A stretch of DNA of 64,000 nt from Alphaproteobacteria bacterium (GTDB lineage Bacteria; Pseudomonadota; Alphaproteobacteria; SP197): contig OZ219917.1 of assembly GCA_964291415.2 (NCBI GenBank), positions 96,001 through 160,000 of the forward strand. The letters are read 5' to 3'. A program made the position numbers and the translations under genes. The notes under the pieces were generated by a model. The model was given only the letters and a program-made list of their open reading frames with translations, was not told the origin of the DNA and did not search any database. How positions within the stretch are numbered: the stretch's first letter is position 1; every line of letters begins with the position of its first letter. Of the stretch, positions 10,375 to 19,963 are shown piece after piece.

Positions 10375-11664
10375 ATGAGTGACGGCAAGACGATTGTTTT
10401 CTTCCCCGAGGCCGCATTCGGGCCGGCCCTCAATTCGGTGGGCATCGCCCAGGTCTGCCGCGACATGGGGCACCGGCCGGTGTTCCTGGCGGATCCCGGA
10501 TTTGCCGGGGTCTTTGCGGACTACGGCTTCGAGGAGCATGCCGTGCCGATGTCCGAGCCCATGGAGCCCGAAGCCATGGCGCGGTACTGGTCGGACTTCA
10601 TCAACGGCCAGATTCCGAACTTCCACACACCGCCCATCGAACAGGTCTCGACCTACATCAAGGCCTGCTGGGAGGCGATCGTCGAAACCGCCGTATGGGC
10701 CGAGAAGTCCCTTCCCGGCGTCCTTTCAAGAGTCGAGCCCGATCTCATCTGTGTCGACAACGTGGTCCTGTTCCCCGCCACCAAGCGCCACGGCGCGCCC
10801 TGGGTGAGGATCATCTCGTGCAGCGAGAACGAGATCGAGGATCCGGATATCCCGCCCCACCTGTCAGGGTGCCGCGAGGATGATCCGGAAGGCTTCCGTC
10901 TCTATCGCGAAGCCTTCGAGAGGGAAATCGCCCCCATCCACGCACAGTTCAACGAGTTCCTCGCATCGTGTGGCGAGGAGCCCTATCCGCTCGGGCAGTT
11001 CTTCGAAACCTCTCCCTGGCTCAACCTTCTCCACTATCCCAAGCCCCTCGCCTTCCAGCGCCGCCACCCCCTGGACGAGGAGAAGTTCGTCTACCTCGAG
11101 GGCTGCATCCGGGAGGAAGATCCCTACACCGTCCCGGACTTCGCGGCCAACCAGGACGGACCGCTCGTCTACGTCAGCTTCGGCAGCCTGGGATCGGGCG
11201 ACACGGACCTCATGAAACGCCTGATGGCAACGCTGGGCACGCTGCCCATGAGGGTGCTGGTCAACGTCGGGGACTATAGCGAGGCCTACGACCATGTGCC
11301 GCCGAACTGCCATGTCGACAGCTGGTATCCGCAGCCTTCGGTCATCGCCGAAGTCGACGCCGTCATCCATCACGGCGGCAACAACAGCTTCAACGAGTGT
11401 CTCTACTTCGGCAAGCCGTCGCTGATCATGCCCTATTGCTGGGACGGCCACGACAACGCGACCCACATCGACGAGAGGGGCTACGGCCTCGCCATGGAAC
11501 GCTACACCTGGAAGGACGCGGACATCGCCGCCGCTCTCGAGAGGCTGCTGACCGACGCCGCCATGAAGCAGCGACTCGCGTCCCTCTCGGCGCACATGCA
11601 GGCCGAGGACGGCCGCCGCAAGGGCGCCAGGGAGCTCGACCGCCTGCTCCGGAAGAGCGCATGA
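10375..11664 (+). CDS. Family 1 (MGT/UDPGT-like) glycosyltransferase
   Basis: YVSFGS, WYPQ, IHHGGNNSFNECLYFGKP, PYCWDG signature; AAGGAG RBS. Confidence 0.88.
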   Translation: MSDGKTIVFFPEAAFGPALNSVGIAQVCRDMGHRPVFLADPGFAGVFADYGFEEHAVPMSEPMEPEAMARYWSDFINGQIPNFHTPPIEQVSTYIKACWEAIVETAVWAEKSLPGVLSRVEPDLICVDNVVLFPATKRHGAPWVRIISCSENEIEDPDIPPHLSGCREDDPEGFRLYREAFEREIAPIHAQFNEFLASCGEEPYPLGQFFETSPWLNLLHYPKPLAFQRRHPLDEEKFVYLEGCIREEDPYTVPDFAANQDGPLVYVSFGSLGSGDTDLMKRLMATLGTLPMRVLVNVGDYSEAYDHVPPNCHVDSWYPQPSVIAEVDAVIHHGGNNSFNECLYFGKPSLIMPYCWDGHDNATHIDERGYGLAMERYTWKDADIAAALERLLTDAAMKQRLASLSAHMQAEDGRRKGARELDRLLRKSA

Positions 11665-11999
11665 TGCAGGCGTCGGTCCTCGCCAGGGGACCACTCGTCG
11701 ACTGGGGACCGGTCGAAACGCCCCTGGGCGAGCCCGTGTCGCAGACGTCGGGACGGCTCCTTGAAGGCGGGTCCGGCTGCTTCCCCGAGGCCGGGTACTG
11801 GCGCTGCACCGAAGGCCGCTGGCGCTGCGAAATCGCGCGGAGCGAGTTCTGCCACTTTCTCGAGGGCGAGTGCACCTACACGAGCGATGACGGCGCCGTC
11901 ATCGACGTGACCGGCGGCCAGACAGTGTGGTTCCCCGAGGGCTGGAAGGGCGAATGCCGGGTCCTGAAGACCGTCTCCAAGGTCTACCTCATCGTCTGA
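11661..11999 (+). CDS. Cupin protein (EutQ/DUF861-like)
   Basis: GYWRCTEGRW...EFCHFLEG...FPEGWKG...VSKVYLI; ATGA overlap with the GT gene. Confidence 0.85.
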   Translation: MMQASVLARGPLVDWGPVETPLGEPVSQTSGRLLEGGSGCFPEAGYWRCTEGRWRCEIARSEFCHFLEGECTYTSDDGAVIDVTGGQTVWFPEGWKGECRVLKTVSKVYLIV

Positions 12000-13303
12000 C
12001 CGCCCTCCCGAGGCGCGCCAGGAGCTGTCTCGCTCTCCTTTGCGTCCTGTGGCTCCACGCGCCGGCCTGGGGTTCCGCCACCACCGCACAACTCGAGGAG
12101 TTCACCAGAACCGTCCTGGAGTCAGTCCCGGGCGGGAACGCCATCGCCTACCGGATCGCCATGACCGATGCGGACGATGGCGCCGTCATCGCCACGCTCT
12201 TCGACATCTCCCTGCCTGATGCGGCCACGCCAATCGTTGTCGACGACATCGCCGTCACCTGGAGACCGGCAGGTGGCCGGCTCTACTCCGCGTCCATGAC
12301 GTTGCCGGCTGTCAGCGCGCTCGATGACGAAGGCAACACGATCGCCCGCCTCATGGCAGGCGGCGGGACGCTCGACCTCTTCGTCCACATCGATACCGGC
12401 CACCTCGAATCCGCCGACCTGGACGCCACTGGCGTGACGCTGTCCCTGGCCGAGGGCGCGGCGACGATCCGCATCGACCACCTGGCGGCGTCCGTGACAC
12501 CCGAAGAGGTCACACCCGCAACATGGGCGGGTCGGGCTCAACTCGACCTGGACGGGCTGGACGTGACGGGACGTGACGGGACGACCGTCACGCTGGCCCG
12601 CGGCCATGCCACCACGCGGTTCCGCGGAATCCCGGCGACACCGGCCGAGGGGATTCTTCCGGAGGGGGCCTCCCTCAAGGGCGCGGTCACCCTGGAGGGA
12701 CTGTCCGGAGGCGGCGGATCCGGCGTGCGCGGCGTCCTGGATTCATCTCTCCTGGAGTTCACCGTGTCGGGCACCGGCGGCAACCTGGGCGCCATCGAAC
12801 TGGAGTACAGCCACGAGGGGCTCGCCATCGAGGACGCCGGCCTGGCGCCGGTCATGCCACGTTCCCTGGCTGGTGACGTGACCCTTGGCGCCGTGCCGGT
12901 CGCAGACCTGCCGGCGGCCTTCGCCCGACCCTTCGGGAGCGCCGTGCCGGAGGGCGCCACGCTCGGACTTGACCTCGACTGGACATGGCCCGACGGCACC
13001 GGCAGCGTCAGCGGCCAACTCGCATCGGCGCCGCTTGCGCCGGTGCCGGCAACCGGGAATGTCCGGTTCGTCACCAGTGGCCTGGAGGGCCTGGTCGAGA
13101 ATGTGATGGCGGCGGCGCACGCGGGCAACCGGCAGGCGCGCCACCTTGTCACCTACCTTGCCCTTTTCAGGGCCATGGGCCGCCACGACGAGACGGCTTC
13201 AGAGCCGCGTCTCGTCCATGACATCGTGCTGCTTCCCGACAACAGGATCCTGGTGAACGACAACGACATCAACATCCTCCTCAGCCTGCTGAACGCCGAC
13301 TGA
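11927..13303 (+). CDS. Exported beta-rich protein (DUF2125/YdgA-like); true start uncertain, probably near 12000
   Basis: Signal-like LALLCVLWLHAPAWG; C-terminus HDIVLLPDNRILVNDND resembles that of the convergent paralogue. Confidence 0.65.
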   Translation: MVPRGLEGRMPGPEDRLQGLPHRLTALPRRARSCLALLCVLWLHAPAWGSATTAQLEEFTRTVLESVPGGNAIAYRIAMTDADDGAVIATLFDISLPDAATPIVVDDIAVTWRPAGGRLYSASMTLPAVSALDDEGNTIARLMAGGGTLDLFVHIDTGHLESADLDATGVTLSLAEGAATIRIDHLAASVTPEEVTPATWAGRAQLDLDGLDVTGRDGTTVTLARGHATTRFRGIPATPAEGILPEGASLKGAVTLEGLSGGGGSGVRGVLDSSLLEFTVSGTGGNLGAIELEYSHEGLAIEDAGLAPVMPRSLAGDVTLGAVPVADLPAAFARPFGSAVPEGATLGLDLDWTWPDGTGSVSGQLASAPLAPVPATGNVRFVTSGLEGLVENVMAAAHAGNRQARHLVTYLALFRAMGRHDETASEPRLVHDIVLLPDNRILVNDNDINILLSLLNAD

Positions 13304-13464
13304 ACCTGTTGCCGCACGCGCCAGATCCCGACGCGTCGCCTGATCGGACTGTCTCTTCCTCCGGAGAAGCAAGACCGGATCCTGCACCGTCTCCGCGCAA
13401 CCGGCCGAAGAGGTCGGGCGCCTCGCAGAGCGCCGGAATTCCGGGCTTGCGAAAGGGGCGGGCC

Positions 13465-14955
13465 CTAGCGCATCGCGTCTTCCAGCACCAGGCCTCCCAT
13501 GTCGTTGCCGTTGAGCAGGATGCGGCCTTCCGGAGCGAGCTCGAGGTCGTAGACGTGCCGTGCCGCGCTGCCCTCCCCGACACGCCGGCCCATCGCCTGC
13601 ATGGCGCCAAGCACCTGTACGATGTCATGCGCTTCCGAATCGCCCGAGGCCGCCAGGCCTGTCGCGCGCTCGGTGAGACCGTCGAGGCCGAGCACCTCGA
13701 GCCGCGCCGTGCCGACAGCCATCAGGGGCGACTGACCGGATGCGGTGAACCCTCCGGAAAGGTCCGCCTGCAGCGCGGCGCTCTCGAAGCCCAGGCGCTC
13801 GATCTCGAACACGCTGCCTGCCTGCAGCACGTGCTGCAGGGCAAGCATTGCGAAATCCCCGGCCTCGAAGGGGACGAGATCGATGAGGTCGTTGCGAACC
13901 ATGTCCACGCCCAGGACCGCCAGATCGCGGGAGGGCAGGTCACGGAGCGCCAGGCGCAGGTCGAAGGCATGGGGCGCGAGATCGGCATCCAGGCCGGACG
14001 CCGGAATGGCGAGACCGTCATGAGCATACTCGACGACGAGGGAGGCCGCATCGGTGTCCAGCCCCTCCATCGTCATGGCGAGGTTCAGGGCGTCGAAACT
14101 GACCTCATCGAGCGAGTCGGGATCGCGCAGGAAGAAATCCGTCAGGACGACCGTCATGGACATGCTTTCCATGAGGGGTGCCCGCGCCATGGCCATATCC
14201 GCGAGCCGGGCGGCGGTCTCCTTCATCCGCTCCTCGTCCGGCGGCCCGGTGCTCTCCATCTCCTGGAACGCTTCGCTCGCGGCGGCGAGAAAAACGAGGT
14301 CCCAGCCGCCATAGGCGCCCTCGGCATTGAACCGCGCGAGTCCGAGCCCTTCAAAGCCGTCCACGCTGAGCCGGACGCCCTCGACGCTCATGGAGCCGGG
14401 ACCGCTCCACTTGCCGTCCCGGTCTTCCTGGAGCGATGACCGCAGCGCCACCTGGTCGACGGAGAGCCGAAACTCCCCTTCGTAGGGAAACGTTCCGTGG
14501 AAGAACAGGTCCGTGAAGAGGCAGTCGGAGTCGGTCCAGGAGTCGATGCCGGGAACGTAGGTTCCGACGCACCGCTGGCTGCCGAGCGTGGTGCCGCCGA
14601 TCAGTGCGCGCTCGCCGTCGTAGAGCGACGTGGTCCGGGGCAGCCGCAGCGTCGCGCGGTAGCGGCCCGGACCGTCCGGAACCAGAACGAGTCCCACATC
14701 GCCGATCCTCCAGACGACGTCGTGTCCGAAAAGAATGATGTCGCGCACGTCGAACGAGATGGCGCCGCCTGCGTCCTCGCTCACGTCAACGATGTAGGAA
14801 ACGCCGCCGCCGTCGCGTTCCATCTCGACCGAGACCTGGTCCATGAACCTTTCGACCTGCTGCCGCAGAAGCGAGGCCGCGTCGGACTCGTCGGCCGTGA
14901 CCTGCGCCACGGCGGGAGAGGCTGCCAGGGCCGCGCACAGGACAATGGCGGACAT
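13465..14955 (-). CDS. Exported beta-rich protein (DUF2125/YdgA-like), paralogue of the previous gene
   Basis: Signal MSAIVLCAALAASPAVAQ; shared motifs YAHDGL/YSHEGL, GLDGL/GLEGL, AMGR, YDLELAPEGRILLNGND. Confidence 0.72.
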   Translation of the reverse strand: MSAIVLCAALAASPAVAQVTADESDAASLLRQQVERFMDQVSVEMERDGGGVSYIVDVSEDAGGAISFDVRDIILFGHDVVWRIGDVGLVLVPDGPGRYRATLRLPRTTSLYDGERALIGGTTLGSQRCVGTYVPGIDSWTDSDCLFTDLFFHGTFPYEGEFRLSVDQVALRSSLQEDRDGKWSGPGSMSVEGVRLSVDGFEGLGLARFNAEGAYGGWDLVFLAAASEAFQEMESTGPPDEERMKETAARLADMAMARAPLMESMSMTVVLTDFFLRDPDSLDEVSFDALNLAMTMEGLDTDAASLVVEYAHDGLAIPASGLDADLAPHAFDLRLALRDLPSRDLAVLGVDMVRNDLIDLVPFEAGDFAMLALQHVLQAGSVFEIERLGFESAALQADLSGGFTASGQSPLMAVGTARLEVLGLDGLTERATGLAASGDSEAHDIVQVLGAMQAMGRRVGEGSAARHVYDLELAPEGRILLNGNDMGGLVLEDAMR

Positions 14956-15129
14956 CGGCCGGGTCACGGAGACCTCCCACGAGGTGGGGATGCGATCCTG
15001 CAGGGTAGGGCATGGAGCCCCGCTGCGACAACCCCGCCCGCGCCGCCCGATCGCCGACTTCAGCCGGGAATGGATGGGCAATCGGTTCCGCTTCCCTGGG
15101 GGGCCGCCGGTCACGGCCGGTCATGCCTC

Positions 15130-16191
15130 CTAGTAGGCAATCAGGCTTCGATGCACCAGGAGACCGTCCGGGCGCTGCAACTCGGTGTGCAGCACCCGGT
15201 CCGTCTCGCGCGTTTCCAGGATCAACTCGCCCGGCATGGAAATGCCGGCGGACTCGCCGGTGCGGGCCGCATCGACGAACGCCCCGATCTCGACGAGCGT
15301 CGGCTGTCCGCGCGCCAACACGTCCTTTTCCGCAATGGCTTCCGTGGCCGCCGCGGTCAACTGCCGCGTCCAGAGTTTGCGGAACAGGCCGCCGTTGGCG
15401 AATTCGTCCCCTCCGGCGATCCTGCCGTTGATGGCGAAGACATAGCCGACGGCGTCCCGATGCCCTTGAGCCAGCGAGCCCAGGGTCGACTCGTAGTGCT
15501 CCAGAGCCGCGGCGAGGTCCGCGTTCTCGAGCGACAGCTGCAGGCTCGATGGAGAACGTTCGTCCGCGACGTCCAGCATCATGGCCGAACCGAGATCCGC
15601 CTGCACCGCGCCGACGGACTCCCACACCCGGCTCTGAAGATCCTCGCCGTCCGGCCATGCCGCGAGGTCACCTTCGGGTGCGAACCAGCGTTGCGCCTCC
15701 TTGAAGAGCGCGATCCTGCCGTCCCTCGACGGCAGGCGAGCCGTGGATTGCGAGAACCAGTTCGCCTCCTCTCCGTAGCGTGCGGACCATCGTCCGCTCT
15801 CGACGCAGAAGACGTCGACGGCAAGATCGCCCGAACCGGGCGGCACGATCATGCTGGTGATCAGGACACGGTCCTGCTTGCCACCCTTGAAGATGTCGCC
15901 CGACTGGAGGAAGACCTCGCTGTCGCCCGTATTGCGCACGACGAGTTCCTCGACCACGCCTGTCTCGATGACCTCGATGAGGCCCCGTTGCATCGCCTCG
16001 TCGAGGGTGAGCGGAACGGGACCGTCGTCTGCGCCTTCGCGGTGAATCAGGTAGACGGCCAGGTTGTCGTACGCGTAGGGACCGCTGAACCAGGTGCTCC
16101 CCTGGTCCGCGCCGGCTGCAGCCGGCGTTGTCCATCCCGTCACGATGACGGCGGCCAGAGCGGCGGCCAGCCGGAATCCGTGTCGGCGCAT
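15130..16191 (-). CDS. Secreted ARPP-1/DUF6569-family protein
   Basis: Signal peptide; NLAVY...LTLDEAM...V.EL.V.N...GDIFKGGKQDRV...FCVESGRW...QSRVW. Confidence 0.75.
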   Translation of the reverse strand: MRRHGFRLAAALAAVIVTGWTTPAAAGADQGSTWFSGPYAYDNLAVYLIHREGADDGPVPLTLDEAMQRGLIEVIETGVVEELVVRNTGDSEVFLQSGDIFKGGKQDRVLITSMIVPPGSGDLAVDVFCVESGRWSARYGEEANWFSQSTARLPSRDGRIALFKEAQRWFAPEGDLAAWPDGEDLQSRVWESVGAVQADLGSAMMLDVADERSPSSLQLSLENADLAAALEHYESTLGSLAQGHRDAVGYVFAINGRIAGGDEFANGGLFRKLWTRQLTAAATEAIAEKDVLARGQPTLVEIGAFVDAARTGESAGISMPGELILETRETDRVLHTELQRPDGLLVHRSLIAY

Positions 16192-16449
16192 GTGGAACTC
16201 CCTCCCCCAAGACTGCCAATCCGGGTTACGGACTACCTGGCGGATGAGGCAACGGCGCGGCGCAATTGAGGCCATTCATTGTCCGGCATGATCCCCGGCA
16301 CCGACCGGATGCAGGCTCCACCATGGGGCCCATCCGCGCTCACGCCCCGTTGAAGCGCCGCGCCGCACCCTTTATGTCTGGATCCGCAGAACAACACCAA
16401 AGGGCACGGCCGGTGCGAAGAAACCCGCCCCGAGTCAGGGACGACACCC

Positions 16450-17862
16450 ATGGAAGGCGAGTTTGACTTCGATCTGATCTGCATCGGAAGCGGGCCCGCT
16501 GGTCAGCGGGCCGCCGTGCAGGCCGCCAAGCTGCGCAAGCGGGTGGCGGTCGTGGAACGCGGCCTCGATGTGGGCGGTGTCTGCGTTCATACCGGCACCA
16601 TCCCGTCCAAGACCTTTCGCGAGGCGGTACTCACCTTCAACGGACAGCGCCACGGCGCGGCCTATCAGCACAGCCGCTCAGGCGGAATCGGCCACGACGA
16701 ACGGCCGACAGCCGGAACACTGCTGTCGCGCGTCGGCGCGATCGTCAGAACCGAGGCCCGCGTCCAGCAGGACCAGTTGCGGCGCAACGGTGTCGCCATC
16801 GTGCCCGGCACCGCAACGCTGACCAGCCCCAACGGCGTTCTGGTCCACGGACCGGCGGGCAACCGGGAGATGACCGCCCACAAGCTGCTGATCGCAGTCG
16901 GCACCAGGCCCTCGCCCAACATGGACATGCCCACGGGCCTGCCGTGTGTCATCACAAGCGACGACATACTCAAGCTGGGGGAACTCCCGCGCAGCCTGAT
17001 CGTCGTGGGCTGCGGCGTGATCGGCGTGGAGTACGCCTCGATGTTCGCCGCGCTCGGCGTGAAGGTGACGGTGGTCGATGGCCGCGAGCGGCCGCTGGAG
17101 TTTCTCGATGGCGAGATCGTCGACGAGCTGATCCACCAGATGCGCAACAGCATGGTGACGTTCCGTCTGGGCGAATCGGTCGAACATGTGGGCCATCACG
17201 AAGGCCCGCCCGATCAGGCGCTGGTCCACCTGCAGTCGGGAAAGCGTCTGGTGGCCGACCTCGTGCTGGCCTGCACCGGCCGGGTCGGCGCCTCGGAGGC
17301 CCTCGACCTGGAACGCGCCGGCCTGAGCGCTGACGCCCGCGGCCGCATCAAGGTGGGCGAGGACTACCGCTCCGACGTACCCAACATCTTCGCGGCCGGC
17401 GACGTGATCGGATTTCCGAGCCTCGCGGCCACGTCATCGGAGCAGGGCCGGTTGGCCGCGCGCCACGCGTTTGGCCTGCCCGCCGAACCCATGCCCGACC
17501 ACTTTCCCGTGGGCATCTACTCCATCCCCGAGATTTCCATGGTCGGCCAGACGGAGCTGGCGCTGACGCGGCGCAAGGTGCCCTACGAGACCGGCATCGC
17601 CCGCTATCGCGAGATTGCCCGAGGCCAGATCCTCGGTGACGATTCGGGCATGCTGAAGCTGATCTTCCATGCCGAGGACCACAAGTTGCTGGGCGTTCAC
17701 ATCATCGGCTCGGGCGCCACAGAACTGGTCCACATCGGTCAGGCGGTGATCGGGCTGGGCGGGGGGCTCGACTATTTCCTCACGACCGTCTTCAACTATC
17801 CGACGCTCGCCGAGTGCTACAAGGTCGCGGCGCTCGACGCCCACAACAAGCTCCTTCTCTAG
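16450..17862 (+). CDS. sthA: Soluble pyridine nucleotide transhydrogenase
   Basis: GSGPAG, GGVCVHTGTIPSKT (single Cys), GDVIGFPSLA, FNYPTLAECYKVAALD. Confidence 0.93.
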   Translation: MEGEFDFDLICIGSGPAGQRAAVQAAKLRKRVAVVERGLDVGGVCVHTGTIPSKTFREAVLTFNGQRHGAAYQHSRSGGIGHDERPTAGTLLSRVGAIVRTEARVQQDQLRRNGVAIVPGTATLTSPNGVLVHGPAGNREMTAHKLLIAVGTRPSPNMDMPTGLPCVITSDDILKLGELPRSLIVVGCGVIGVEYASMFAALGVKVTVVDGRERPLEFLDGEIVDELIHQMRNSMVTFRLGESVEHVGHHEGPPDQALVHLQSGKRLVADLVLACTGRVGASEALDLERAGLSADARGRIKVGEDYRSDVPNIFAAGDVIGFPSLAATSSEQGRLAARHAFGLPAEPMPDHFPVGIYSIPEISMVGQTELALTRRKVPYETGIARYREIARGQILGDDSGMLKLIFHAEDHKLLGVHIIGSGATELVHIGQAVIGLGGGLDYFLTTVFNYPTLAECYKVAALDAHNKLLL

Positions 17863-17875
17863 CAGGCGATCCCCT

Positions 17876-18316
17876 TCAGGCCGGCCGGTTCGCGGGCGCC
17901 CCGCCGGCGAGGCCGAGATCCTGCATCACGCTGGCCGGATTGTAGTAGGCGACAATCCGGACGATCCGGCCGTCCCGGAAGTCGGCGATCATCGCGAAAT
18001 CGAAGGCGATCCGGGCTCCGGCCGCCGCGACTCCGTAGAGCGGCGCGCCGTCGTGTGTCATCTCGAGGCGGACCTCCGTCGCGACGCGGCTGCCGCCTAT
18101 CGTCTTGCGCAACGGGGTGGCGCGGCGATCGCTCGACGCCTCGAACCAGCCAGCAGCATAACGCCTGAACGCGTCGCGGCCGTGGAGCGGCTCCTGTCCG
18201 GCGTTGTCGCTGTAGACGACGTCCTCGGCGCACCCTGAGACGAAGCCGTCGAGGTCGCCGGCCGAGAAGGCCGCCCAGGCCGCGTCGATCGCTTCGCTCA
18301 TCCGATCGGGCGTCAT
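17876..18316 (-). CDS. SnoaL/NTF2-like protein
   Basis: AFSAGDLDGF..CAEDVVYSD...HGRDA...FRDGRIV...YYN. Confidence 0.85.
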   Translation of the reverse strand: MTPDRMSEAIDAAWAAFSAGDLDGFVSGCAEDVVYSDNAGQEPLHGRDAFRRYAAGWFEASSDRRATPLRKTIGGSRVATEVRLEMTHDGAPLYGVAAAGARIAFDFAMIADFRDGRIVRIVAYYNPASVMQDLGLAGGAPANRPA

Positions 18317-18650
18317 GGTCTTGTCCTCCGGGATCATGGCCGACGGGCCGGGACTCTACCCGGCGGGCCGGCCGGGCGTCCAAGGCGACGACCTTTGCGA
18401 CGAGGAGGACGATCAGGGCCGGAACGCCTCGCAAGGTGACACTGGCGGCGTCGGTGCCTCGGCACGCAGGAAAGCGCCTTCACCACAGCACGCACCTTTG
18501 TTTCTAATCTACTGTAATACCTACCCGTTTTCTCTCGACCATTGTTGCGAACGAACGGAATGCGACACTCCCGATCGCGGTAGGGAACCGGGTTGCCCCG
18601 GTCCCCCCCGCGCAGATCCGGACGAGCGCTGTTCGCATCCGGCTCCTCCC

Positions 18651-19488
18651 TCAGGTCCTGACGACGAGCCGTTGGTTTGGCCACGGGTGGCGGATGCTGG
18701 CTTTGGGCCAGTGGGCGGCGGTGAGGAGGTCAATATCCGTCCATTCGGTGCGATCCTTCTGAGATCGTCGCCGAAGCGCACACCTGAACAGCCTGCGGCA
18801 TTGGCGTATGAACCTCTGCAAGTCATGGCCGCTCCCGGGGACGGCAAAGTAGTTGAGCCAGCCATTGATAACTCGCCCAAGCCACTTGGCCGTTTCGTGC
18901 CGGTTGTCGTGCCACCGCATGCTCAGTGCCTCCTTGATCCGCCGCAGAGTGCGGCGGACCCGTTTCCGGGACGGTTTGCGGCCAACCCTGAACCGGCCAT
19001 TCCTCGTCTGCTCGCAGAAGTGCGTCATGCCGAGAAAGTCAAACGTCTCCGGCTTGCCCTGCCCCCGCTTGCGGCGGTTCGCTCTCGCAAACCGACCGAA
19101 CTCGATGAGCCGGGTCTTGTCCGGATGCAGTTCCAGTCCATAGCGGGCCAGCCTCTCCCCGAGGTCCCGGAGGAAGCGCTTCGCATCGCCCAGATGCTGG
19201 AAGCCGCACACAAAATCATCGGCATAACGCACGATGATGGTGTCGCCTCCAGCCATCCGCTTGCGCCATGTGTTGTGGAACCAGTCGTCGAGCACGTAGT
19301 GCAGATAAACGTTCGCAAGGCAGGCCGATACAATCGCCCCCTGCGGCGTTCCCCTGCCGGTGTCCGACCAGTCGGCCCCCTCCATGACGCCGGCGTTGAG
19401 CCACTTGACGATCAGCCTGATGACCCGCTTGTCCCCGATACGTTTCTCGAGCATCCGAACCAGATGGTCCCGGCCGAGATTGTCGAAG
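18651..19488 (-). pseudogene. ltrA: Intron A RT/maturase, C-terminal half
   Basis: FDNLGRDHLVRMLEKRIGD..., GTPQG, RYADDF, FDFLG, GWLNYF, IRHPWP. Confidence 0.92.
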
Positions 19489-19813
19489 GACCACCCGACA
19501 CACTACCCACCTCCGTGAGCTTCCGGTCTCGGTCAGGATTACGCGCGAGGCGCATCCCTATCAGGGCCAGTCGCTTGAAGTCCTGAAGCAGATTCGCCGG
19601 CAGGACGGCGTCCTGCTTCTTCTCCTTCTTGGTCCTGACGGCAGCCGCCGTCTTGTTCCCGTCGAGTGGACGGATGCCGTGCCCGGCGATGCCACCGGAC
19701 AACCGGGGACCGGTCATCAACTCACAGCCGGACCGCACGATCTGTTGCACTTGCGATCTCTCGTCGATGCTCTGCTCGCTCGTTCTGAAGCGGAGCCCTG
19801 TCGATGCAACTGA
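19481..19813 (+). CDS. DUF5372/Y4bD-like accessory protein (no clear start codon within the element)
   Basis: Manual translation ...HTTHLRELPVSVRITREAHPYQGQSLEVL...GPDGSRRLVPVEWTD...DLLHLRSLVDAL; not in the ORF track. Confidence 0.6.
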   Translation, partial: CRRTTRHTTHLRELPVSVRITREAHPYQGQSLEVLKQIRRQDGVLLLLLLGPDGSRRLVPVEWTDAVPGDATGQPGTGHQLTAGPHDLLHLRSLVDALLARSEAEPCRCN

Positions 19814-19963
19814 ACCTGATCTTTCCGGGAACCCGGGAACCGCACGAGGAGCTGTGGACAGCCCTCGACGAGGAGACACGCCGCGTCGTGCTCGGAACGG
19901 CTGGCCGAGGTCATCGCCAAGGCGGCACCGGAGAAGCCCCAGGCGGAGAGCATCGGACCATGA
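19804..19963 (+). CDS. Small accessory ORF of the recombinase element (one extra base near 19895)
   Basis: MQLNLIFP...LWTALDEETRRVVL[ER]LAEVIAKAA...; stop overlaps the recombinase ATG (ATGA). Confidence 0.55.
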
